NCBI GenBank assembly: GCA_904063045.1
Contig: CAJFCJ010000025.1
Location: 806,001 to 870,000, forward strand
Origin: Dimorphilus gyrociliatus
Lineage: Eukaryota; Animalia; Annelida
DNA length: 64,000 nt
Direction of reading: 5' to 3'
The notes below the pieces were generated by a model. That model did no database searches. It saw only the letters and a program-made list of their open reading frames with translations, and was not told where the DNA came from. Each line of letters starts with the position of its first letter. Within the stretch, counting starts at the first letter, position 1. Shown here one piece after another: positions 1 through 10,900 of the stretch. Position numbers and translations under genes: made by a program.

Positions 1-3000
1 CTTAATGATGATTCTAAAAATACTGTATTTGTACAATTAATCAACGCTTTTGAGCCGTAAACTGGTAATTGCCCAGGAGGATCGTACGTTACAGTTAGGT
101 CGCCAGTAGCAGTAAGATTTGTACAAACTTTCGCTAAATTGATGATATTATTTGAAAATTTCCATTAAATAAGTTTGGTTGTGAGAGATGTTTTGTAAAT
201 AATCTACTTACGTATTTTACAATGTTCATCAAGTTCAACAGGATAACCTGGATGGCAATGACAACCGTAAGTTGAAGTTGTTTTTAAGTAACAATTTCCG
301 TGATCTCCGCAAGGATTAGTTGAGCATGGATTTATAAGACCACCGGTAAAATAGCCATAAGATACACAAACTAAAGGACCAATGCTTATCTCTAAAGATA
401 AATCATTTGTGGGAGGAGCATACTTGATCGCTTTAATTGGTAACTTCTCTTTATTCACAATATTTCCATAATCCATAGTCGGAGAACCCATATTATCGCA
501 TTTACAAGGCATTCTAGGATCTTCATTCTTGCACATACTATCAGTGTCATATGCCCAATCAGTACTAGTTTTCTCAACATTATTACTTTCGTAAACCCAT
601 GAAATGGATTTACTAACCATGTAACTACTTGTACAAGATATCTTAACTTCTTGATAGCAATATGGTGAGGCATTGACTACATCTCTAAAAAACAATAATT
701 TTAAAGAGATATATTATTCAATTGATCGTAAAATAGTAAAATATTCTTACTTGACTTGCTCATAAGGTGTATTACCTCCTTTTCCGTATTTATATTCAAT
801 TGTACAAATACCGCTGTTACATTCTGCATTTCCATTTCTTTCAACACTTATATAATTTCTATGAAGTTCATGCGACGCATCGCACATACCATGTAGGTTA
901 AAGCTGGCCTTATATTCGATACTGTAGTCACCGCTATAAGGTGCATCTTTACAATCAATAGCGACATCTTAAAAAAAGAAGATAAATGAAAATATATTGT
1001 TTATTATATATTTAATGTTATTTACTTGAAAGACTAAAATAAAACTTTCTTCCATTTGTTGTTTGATACATATCTTTCACTTCGGAATGAGAAAAGTGTT
1101 TCTGAATTGTTTTAAGACCCAAAATATGAACAATATTTTCCACACAATTAGAACTGCTTCCTGATGAACCTGTATTTCCACAACAAACTGCTTCTGCTGG
1201 GCCAGACAGAGTCAATATGCTGTTAGACCTTTCATTTTCAGAATTGCTATTTAAATATATGTTTTCTTGTCCGTTTTGTATTGTTATCACCAAGTTATAT
1301 AGAATATCTTTGTCTATTGATTTATTCCATACAAGTCTTCCTTGGATTGACACAAACAATTGTAATGACGCCGAACTAAATGCGGCAATGGCAATGGACA
1401 GCAAATTAGATTGTTTAAATAAATTGATGTATGAGCCAGGATTAACTTTTTCTGCTTGAAACCATATATCAATTGTTATGTTGGTGGTTATTGGGCTAGC
1501 TTCGTCAAATCTTAATGCGCACGCTTGTGTGGCTACCTGTTGAGTTATGGATATAGAATTCCAGTGTTGATGTATGTCTTCTTTCGACAGAACATTAAAA
1601 TTGGTCGTGTCAACGTGTACTGTTTTTGTTTGACCATAGTTAGAAGTATAACTTCCCCCATTTATGTGAAATGAATGAGTAAAGTCAAAGAAATATCTCA
1701 TAAGTATATCATCTTGACCGAAGATAGAAGATTCTAAAAAAAATAAAAAAATACTGGATTTTATCAATTATCAAAGAGAATAAGAAGTAAAAATAAACAA
1801 TAAAATATCTATTACCTGTACAATCTGATGAATCGAAATTTTCCAAAACTCCATTCAAACATTTAAAAGTCTTTTCCCTCTCTAATTTGCCTTCCCACGT
1901 TCTGAACCAGTCTTCGCATGTATAATCAACCGTTTCACCATGCCTAAGAAAGCTTTTTTTACTAAGACGAATCTCTCTATCGCCATTAAGAAGGGGAGCT
2001 TCACAAAATCCTAAAAAGAAAAAATATCATAAAAATAACATATTCATTGAATAGGAAAGAAAATACTAATTGAGAAACAGTATAAACGAATAATTTTCTT
2101 ACCACAGTTTTTCATATTGCATAGTTGTTTTACAGCGCCATCATAACAAAATGGTTCGTCATTGGATGATCCTGGGTTTCGACAAAAATTCTCAGCATGA
2201 CTAGGATGAATATCTGGTAAATTCGGTTGAGAACTTGGCCAAGGAGTACAGATTCCTAATTTTGTTTTTCCAACATAATCTTCACCTTTACTGGTCATAT
2301 AGCAATCTAGAAAATAAGTAAATATTAAATAAATATGCGTGCATTAACCATTTAATCTCAAAGCTTGGTTTCAAAAAGATATACCTGTCCATTTAATGCA
2401 TTGAACTTTGCTGTTTGACCAAGTGTTAGTGGCAGTTGTAAAAGGAAATTGATCTGCCGGACCATTATGGCCCGACCCACTCGTAGCACAGGTAGTACTA
2501 AGTCTCCATTTGTTTAATGTCAAATATTTGAATAGATAAACATTAGGGCTTTTGTAATGGGGTTGGGGGCAATCGACGCTGGTTGCTTCATACGAGTAAA
2601 TACCAGAGTATGAACCAGCAACTTTGATCTTCTCACATATATAGTCTACGGAATAGTTAATAATCATCTTAGAATAATGTTCTTTATTATTTCTCTTATT
2701 TTATGATAAGATAACAGAAATAGCTTACTTTCACAAGGTGCTTCGTTTTTATCATCGGCTCGTATCCAAACATCATTTATGCACTCATAAGTAGTATGCT
2801 TTAGAATAGACTTTGGTGAATCGAAGCCTTCGATTTGAGGTCTATAACAGTAATGTTTAAGAGTTAGGTCGGTTTCATTCTGATGATATACTGTGATGAG
2901 ATTTTCAACAGTTTCTATAGTCGGACAGTCACCTGTAACAAAAGAGAATATCAATGAAATTTGTCAAAAAAAGAAGATAATAAACTATAGAGGATTAACA

Positions 3001-3131
3001 ATATATTAGAATAATACAATAGTGTTTAATAGGTCTTGTATATATTGTATATTTATATATTACTTACACTCTATATACTTTAAAATAAATAAGAAGAAGA
3101 GACATATAGGGACAACGGCATTTGTTAACAT
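1..3131 (-). CDS. Secreted mosaic protein (signal peptide, Sushi/CCP, unassigned ~85-aa module, Kringle, Sushi, LamG/ConA-like, Caspr/neurexin-IV-type fibrinogen-like domain, EGF, Sushi); 3' end beyond the left edge
   Basis: Exons join in frame with GT-AG: 3131-3068 (MLTNAVVPICLFFLFILKYIE), 2932-2729, 2645-2385, 2306-2103 (Kringle, CY...YVG...C.PW...NFCRNP...PFCY), 2010-1816, 1733-1026 (donor least certain), 967-751, 684-212 (VVNASPYCYQEVKISC...CKCDN; EGF CSTNPCGDHGNC...CHCHPGY), 133-<1. About 820 codons lie in the window. Confidence 0.85.
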
Positions 3132-3491
3132 TTCACTCAGAGTAAAGAACAACTGAAATAACACAATACCTCTACATATACTAAATAAATTAATGAAGCG
3201 TCGCCCGGGTAAAGTTTTAGCATTCAAAGTAAAATTATATAATTAATGTTTATAAGATCTCCCTCATAAACCAATTGATCGTCGATATCTTAAATAATAA
3301 GTATACAAGGTATTTACATTTTATTCTATACACTGCAAATCTAAATAATGGAATGAATATGGATATCTATAAATAAACAATTTGATGAAATCATTATTGA
3401 AAATTATATTAATATTATTCTATTTTAGCTAACTGACTATGTTTTATTGTCATTTTAAAGTTAGCTTTCTTATCTATTTCATTTTGGGGTT

Positions 3492-3546
3492 GAGGAGAGA
3501 GAGAGAGAGTGAGAGAGAGAGAGGAGGGGGAGGGGGGGGAGGGAAA
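3492..3546. repeat. (GA)n / G-rich microsatellite
   Basis: Directly visible purine tract between the divergent 5' ends of genes 1 and 2. Confidence 0.9.
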
Positions 3547-4140
3547 GAGTGGAAGATAAGCTGAATTAATAGTTTTTCTAAATCAGCTCAGCTTACTGTT
3601 AATAACTCATCAAAAATATTTTTTACCACCAATATTCCTCTAGATCATTTATACAAAATTAATTAAATAATACAATATTAAAACGGTTTTTTAACAGTTT
3701 TCCTCTTTAAATATGAATATGACTTTTCAAAAACGCAAGCTTATATTGAATGTTTTAAAAAACTTTTTATGATTTGTATTGACCTATATAATATTTAAAA
3801 TTTTGCTTAGTCACATGTTTGCAATTGAATGATTTAGCTTCAAAAAATATCTTCTATCAGTAAAAATACACTGAACGACAAAAGCAAAACAACAAATTAG
3901 ATTTTGTTTTCAGTATAAACTATACAAGCCGGGTTAATTAATATCTGTAGTTCTCGGTAGAGGAACAAGAGGGCGCTTGTTTCTTCTTGGCTGTATCCCT
4001 ATGCTAGAACAGTAGATGGAGCCATTTACATGTGATGCACATTCTGCTTTGGGAAATTACCCTTTTTGTGAGATGAAAAATCGATATGTTACGGATTTCT
4101 AAGTAAAAAATAAACCAGACTTGAACAATCTCTCTCGTAG

Positions 4141-5268
4141 AATGAGTAGAGAGAAATATCTTTACTATATCTTCAATTTGAAGTATATTTGGCGATCTGA
4201 TGTCGCTGCTGTCGGTAAGTCTTGCTACTAATAACTCATTTTATAATACGTATATATGCTGAATATATTGCAGCATTGGTATAAACAAGGCGGAGAATAT
4301 AAAATAACACTTCAGCAAATAGTAAGTGTTTGATAACAATTTTCCATTTTACCATATTTCAATGCAATTATATTGAGATAAATGACTGCTGGTCTAATAT
4401 ATTTCATTTATGTTAATCTGCGCTAAAAGGTGTTAAAACACGTATTGGTAACGTACATTAGCATTTAGTATACATATCATATTATATTTTGGCCTATACA
4501 TTCTGCTAATGACCTAAGGGAAAAGTAATAGTAACAACAATAGTGCTTATTGTTTAATGATATTGGTCTTAAGTTGCCGGCAATTATCAACTATTGTTCT
4601 AAAAGACATTTTTCGCAGCTAATTGGTAATGTTGTCAAATAGGAGTTTAAAGTCCATTTTCCTTTTCTTTGTAGTCCGGAAAACGGAAGAAAACCAATAG
4701 ATTCTTTAAGTTTGTGCTCTCTTTTCAACTATTCAACCATTCTTCTAATATACCAGATTGTATTTGATTAAAACACGTTATACGAAAAAGAGGCTATCTT
4801 TTGTCTAACAGACTCACAAATACGAGACTAGAGTATAAAGGATAAATAACAATTCCTTAAAGTTGACTTTGTTTATTTGGTCTTCAATTGTGAATAAAAG
4901 CCGTATTCTCTTTTATAATTAGATGAAAAGGTGTAGGACTGCAGGCCTAAGAGAAAACATATTTCTCTTGTTTGTTTATGTCTTCATTTTTCCGATTGTT
5001 CAATAAGTTTCAACAAGATGTTGTTTTTTAATATTTACATTAGAAGAGAAATGATTTGTGAAATACTTTCTGATACATCGGTTCATAGAGAACACTTTTT
5101 ATATTATAAAAAATAGACGTATTGCTTAACAGAAACTCATTGTAGTATTTGCGAGTCGGTGAAGGCGTTCGAGTGTTTAGTAACAGATGTTTGTTTATTA
5201 AAAAATTACTAAATTTATGGAACATATTCTTATTTTTTCAGAAAGAAGCTGCTCTTACATGAACGAAA
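4141..5268 (+). other. Probable spliced 5' UTR of the DUF229 gene
   Basis: Chain of consensus sites: acceptor ctctcgtag|4141, donor 4214|gtaagt, acceptor attgcag|4274, donor near 4321|gtaagt, and final acceptor ttttttcag|5242, which lies 27 nt before the ATG at 5269. Confidence 0.4.
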
Positions 5269-7173
5269 ATGTTTGTAACAAAACGCGCAAGTCAGACGAG
5301 TCGTAAAAAGACAATCTTTCTAATTTGTTTAGTATTATCCTTATGCTCCATTATATTGTTAATGGCCGATCGGTTACTTTCTATAAATTTTCCTTCTGCA
5401 TCTTTTATATCCATATATACAAGCGAATTGAATAGGAAAAGTATGACAACAGAATTACAACTGAACACCTCTGGTTGTATTATTACTTATGTACCCATTT
5501 GGAGTTATGAAGCTCAATATTTCTTTAAAAAAAAACCTCCAGTAAACTGTTTAAAAGGAAATTTAATTAATAATTGTACATTCCTTAATGATGGATTCTT
5601 AACAATAAGCGATTTAGGGATTAAAAAATTAACTTCAGAGAAGGCGAAATGTTATTATAGGTCTATCAAACGCCAAACTGGTTCTGAGAATAGTCCTATT
5701 ATTGGTGAATGGAAAAAATTTAATTATAAGCAAAGAAAACAAATTGATTATGAATTTATTCAAGTAAAATGCGAAGGAGCTAAAAAGCTTTTATACGAAA
5801 ACTTCCATACTCAAGCTTTGGTTAAAGAACCTCTTATCAAACAGAGCGTAAACAATCAACCTCACATTCTGCTTATATCCATTGATTCTATATCGTCGAA
5901 TTCCTTAAAGAGGAACATGCCAGATGTTGTCGATCTTATTACTAAAAATATGTCTGCTTTCGAAATGAAAGGTCAACTTAAAATTGATGGTCCAACATTG
6001 CGCAATTTCCTTGGGCTGTTGACTGGTTTTCCTTATGAGCAAGTAAAAAACTTCAAGACAAATAGCTACTTAGATAAGATTAATTTTATCTGGAAAGATT
6101 TCGGTGAGAAAGGCTATTTAAGATTTATTGGAGAGGATAGACCAGAAATTGGTACTTACAATTATATGGTTAAAGGCTTTGATCAACAACCTCTTGAATA
6201 CTGGTCTAAGCCATTTGAATTGGTTGCTGAGAATGGTAGATTAAGAAAAAAAGCTGTACCCGATACATGTTATGGTGAAACTTCAAGTATTAAAGCTATT
6301 CATAATTATCTTTTTGATATTATTCGAGTGAATAATGGTTCACCTATATGGGCTCATATCCATCAAAGCCATCATGTTCACGCCGATTTTAATGGGCTTT
6401 CATCTGTATCGAATGATTACTATCAATTTTTTAAGACGATTATTGACAAGGGCCTACATGAAACTTCTTTTGTATTCTTCTTCTCTGATCATGGTATTAG
6501 ATATGGTGAATTTCGTCAGACATATGTTGGACGTTTAGAGCAGCATATGCCTTTTATGTACGTTATTCCACCGAAAAACTTTGAAAAACACTACCCAGAG
6601 TACTATGAGGCATTGAATATCAATACTAAACGTTTAACAACGTTATACGATCTGTACCAGACAATGTTCCATATTCTTCATTTAAACAATATGACTTATA
6701 GGAACGACAGTCAAATACCGAAAAGAGAAGGCAACGGACAATCACTTTTTACTGAAATATCAGAAGAGAGAAGTTGCAAAACTGCACCCTTGAAGCCTGT
6801 TGAATGTTTATGTATGACAAATGTTATCATACCGAAAAATACTACATTGGCGAAAACAGGGGCAAACCTAATTGTTCAATCGATGAATAAAAGATTAAAG
6901 ACTTTTAACGTAACTAAGAAATGCTCGAAATTAAAGCTCAAATCAATATTAAAAGCTGTTCAACTTTCTACAAAAGAAACTAAAGTTACTAAAATACTAC
7001 TAACTGTTCTTGTTGCGCCATCTGATGGTATTTTTGAGGTGCTAATTAGCTATACGCAAGATACGAAATTATATACTATCATAAGTGACTTTAGTCGCAT
7101 TAATTCTTACGGAAATCAATCACACTGCGTTGACGATAGAGAAATAAAAAATATATGTTATTGCCAACTTTAA
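5269..7173 (+). CDS. DUF229-family protein (alkaline-phosphatase/sulfatase-like fold, N-terminal TM anchor); single coding exon, 634 aa
   Basis: Uninterrupted ORF with an N-terminal hydrophobic helix and motifs typical of DUF229: ILLISIDSISS...RNMP, FFFSDHG.RYG..RQT.VGRLE..MP, LTT.YDLYQT..HIL, RSC..A.....CLC, and C-terminal RINSYG.QSHC......K.ICYC. Confidence 0.88.
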   Translation: MFVTKRASQTSRKKTIFLICLVLSLCSIILLMADRLLSINFPSASFISIYTSELNRKSMTTELQLNTSGCIITYVPIWSYEAQYFFKKKPPVNCLKGNLINNCTFLNDGFLTISDLGIKKLTSEKAKCYYRSIKRQTGSENSPIIGEWKKFNYKQRKQIDYEFIQVKCEGAKKLLYENFHTQALVKEPLIKQSVNNQPHILLISIDSISSNSLKRNMPDVVDLITKNMSAFEMKGQLKIDGPTLRNFLGLLTGFPYEQVKNFKTNSYLDKINFIWKDFGEKGYLRFIGEDRPEIGTYNYMVKGFDQQPLEYWSKPFELVAENGRLRKKAVPDTCYGETSSIKAIHNYLFDIIRVNNGSPIWAHIHQSHHVHADFNGLSSVSNDYYQFFKTIIDKGLHETSFVFFFSDHGIRYGEFRQTYVGRLEQHMPFMYVIPPKNFEKHYPEYYEALNINTKRLTTLYDLYQTMFHILHLNNMTYRNDSQIPKREGNGQSLFTEISEERSCKTAPLKPVECLCMTNVIIPKNTTLAKTGANLIVQSMNKRLKTFNVTKKCSKLKLKSILKAVQLSTKETKVTKILLTVLVAPSDGIFEVLISYTQDTKLYTIISDFSRINSYGNQSHCVDDREIKNICYCQL

Positions 7174-7357
7174 GATGTCTCTTTGTATCTTTGTTAGTGA
7201 TTAGCATTGATCTATAACTATCGTTTTTGTTTTGATTGTATTTAGAGAAGAAAATAAAAATAATACAATTTATAAATAAAGGAAATTATCCAGCTATTCA
7301 ATCGCTACTTGAACAGAACGATAGGAGAATTTTCAACTTGATCTTCGAGAGCGCAAA

Positions 7358-7362
<5 letters not shown>

Positions 7363-7397
<35 letters not shown>
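7363..7397. repeat. (AG)n microsatellite
   Basis: About 17 perfect AG units between the convergent DUF229 and synapsin 3' ends. Confidence 0.95.
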
Positions 7398-7401
<4 letters not shown>

Positions 7402-7994
7402 GAAGATAGGAGGAATGTGATGATATCATTAAACAAATTATAATTAGATGCTTTGAAATATTTTATTGTTTTTTTTGAATTTTTGTCTCTTAGCAATGAT
7501 AATTGATTAAATTAAGAAGAAAGAGAAAAGTAAAGAAAGAGTCTATAATGAAATAAGAAGACAAATTTTATTCTCTCTTTCATCTATTTTATACTTCCTT
7601 CTCTTTCTTTTCTTTTTAAATTTTATAGACATATTCACAATAGATATATAACCTTGCATTTATCAGCCATTTTGTTATATATATATATATATATATAACA
7701 TACTACTAACTAATTCAACTTTTTTTTTAACTTTACAGAACATTTTCTTTTTTCCAGTTTAAATAATCATCTGCAAACAAATTGGACGAATTATCCTAAC
7801 AATCTATTCTCTAACTAATTATTCATTAGGAGTTAAATTTAAAATTTAAAATTCTAGAATGCATTATTAATATTAATATTATAATTATTTTGTTTTGCCT
7901 ATATTTCTACTTAAATTTCACTTAATCTTCTTCCCAGTTCTTTCTTTCTTCGTTTAATGTCTTTTTTTTTCTTTTTAAGGCAATTTCAATGACC

Positions 7995-10900
7995 TTACAT
8001 GTCGCCGAAAATACCAGCAAAGGTTTTTCGTAAATTTTTCATGGTGTCGCCATCTTCAGACTCTTCCATGTCTCTTGCGGCTGCTTCTACTTCTGCTGCT
8101 GTAGGTGGCGCAGCTCTCTGTTGTGGCGGCTGATTACTGAAAATTAAATTTTATAATTTGTGAGAAAACAGTGATTTTGTTTAAAAATGTTATTATCAAC
8201 ATAAGTAGTACTTGATAAGAGAAGGAGAAAGAAATCGAAGGAAGTAAATAGTAGAAATAAGAATAAGGTTAGATAAAGTCTAATTATAATATTGTAATAT
8301 ACTGTATATATATAAAGTATATAGAGCGAATAGAGTGCATATATAAAGTATGATTATAGATATCATATACATAGACATTTGCTTGGAATCGTTTCTTATA
8401 GTTCCGCCACGTAGGTGACTTTTCAGTTTATTTCACTAAGTAATATATGATAATACTTCAGGGCTATTTCTCTATTTACAATGATTATCTACATTTTAAA
8501 CTGATATATTTAGACTTAGAGTTTACATTATACACTTCGTTAATCTACTTACTGTCCGTCTCTTATTCCCGGTCGGCCTTGTTGCATTGGACCACCGGCT
8601 CTTTGTTGCATTTGAGGATGAATCGGACCTTGGTTAGGACCTTGACCTTGTCGAGGAGGTTGGGCCGATTGGCTTAAAGATCTATGCATTTGTTGTTGCT
8701 GTTGATGAGGCGATCTTTGAACCTGTCCTGCGTTCTGAGGATTTGGATGGCCTCGCTGCTGTTGAGGAGGTGGTTGGGGCGGGGGTTGAGATTGCATTCG
8801 AGATTGGGTTGGTTGAGTATTGCTTCTCTGCAAAGGGGGATTTGGCGATCTGTGTTCATTGGGAAGAGGATGAGACGTCTGTTGCTGTTGTTGCTGCGGG
8901 GGTTGCTGCTGCTGTTGAGGTTGCTGAGGAACCTTTTGCATTTGATTAGGTAATGGTTTCTGTTGTTGCTGTTGTTGTTGTTGCTGTTGTTGTTGTTGCT
9001 GTTGCTGTTGCTGTTGCTGTTCTCGATTTTGGACGATATTTGAAATAGGAGTAGAGATAGAGCTGGTTCGTCTTATTGCGCTCATCTTAGCTATAACCAG
9101 TTGCGCGATATGCTGGCGATCTTCTTCTTGACTCTCACCTTATAGTAAAATATACAAATGCCATTTTAGAAAAGAAATTTAGAGTGCTTATACAGTAGAT
9201 ATATATATATATAATGGAAAAGAAGCTTTTATTCTACCTAATAGGGGCATCGCGCTATCTTGAATATCAATAATTTGATGTTTTCCATCTTGACCGCAAA
9301 CAACTTGAACACGTACAATATCCAAACCTCCAAATAATTTACTCACTTCGTCTGCCCATAGTTTAAAAGTTTCGTTAACCGGTATCTGTTCCAACATTGC
9401 AGATCCGGTATTAGCTTTCCAATTAGCCGAAATTGACTTTCTAATAAAAGCTTTATAGTTTTGACCAATTTTCTGGATATATAAATCATATTTCGTATCT
9501 ACTAGAGGTTCAACAGTTGAATAGCAATCAGCTAGTGCAGCTACAGAGGCAGCATCGTGAAATTGATGGTGATCGTCAACCTTAAGTTTACCAACTCCTC
9601 CATGGGCTTGACCCATTTTAACAACAGATGGAAACTTTGGTGGTACGAGCTGTTTGATAAATAGAGAAATTTTATTAAATCAACATAAAAGACCAGTTGT
9701 ATTTGTTAATTATGTTCATTTTTTAATTAATTGTCCACTTGGCAGTGATAGTAATAGTAAAAAAGGACAAACGATTACAGTAAAGGTTATATGTTCTCTG
9801 CATATTATAATACTTATAATGTTAGTAGAGAAGAGGGAAAATTAGGTGAGAAAGAGTAACAGTGAACAAGTACATGAACACTATATAGATAAGTTCGTGT
9901 ATTGCAGTTATATCAATATATACAGTATATGTTACATATATACTAATATTATACCTACCACATGTACTGTATTTACAATACATCTTAAATACTCGACATA
10001 TATACTGTAGAATAATTTGACGAAAAGGTGCGTTCATGCAATGCGGTGAAAAGCGGACACTCACCCATAAATTACTCACCATCTCTCTATGATTTGGATA
10101 ATATGATTGTTCAATTAGAGGAAATCGTTCCTTTCCTAATCTCCGTTGAATTTCAATTAAGTTGGAGTACTATTGTTTTTTGTGACAAAGAAAAGAGACA
10201 AGATTAGAATTAAGAAAAACAGTATTATCTATCAAAAAATTCGGAGGTTTAATAAAACAGAATTAGCTTTGTTTCTCTTTGCTCGTTTTTCTTCTTCTCT
10301 ATCTTGTTTTATTATCATTTAAGAAAGCGGAAAAAAAGAAGAGAAAAAAAAGATTGGAAGGTATTTTCTATGAGTTTTGCTAAGTGGAACGGAAGAGTTT
10401 CAGGGAGAGAAAATAGGATATAATTAATAGCATTTCCTAGGAGCTAAAGTGTATGAAATGGAAGATTTTCTATCTCTAGAATTTAACGCCATCCATTTAG
10501 TTTTATATCTTTTTATGCTTATTTACAGGTGGAAAGTAAACTTTTATGACGTCATTGGTAAATAAAAAGCTTCAAATAGTTCCTAGGTAGTTGTTCTCTC
10601 TAACTAAATCGGGTAATTTATCATTTTCACGTCATTGATCTCTGTAGAGTGTAGCAATTATTGTAATATTAATTTACTCTCTCTCTCTCTCTCTCTCTCT
10701 CTTCCTATCAGTCGTATTGATATCGGAAGATATATAACAAAAAGTCAATTTTAAATGGAATTTTTCGACTTAGTGAAAACGGTGTCAAGACCAGAAAATC
10801 GGCTTCGTTAGTCTTAATGACGTCATCGAAATTTGACAAGTATCCACAAGAGTAGAATAAAATAGACACTTCTCTTTTAAAAGATTTCCCTGTTTTTATA

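Noticed and set aside
8447-8953. Plus-strand and alternative-frame ORFs (8447-8677, 8674-8859, 8684-8953, 8743-8949)
   Set aside because: Shadows of the CAG/CAA-rich synapsin exon; poly-L, V and A runs are what antisense polyQ produces.
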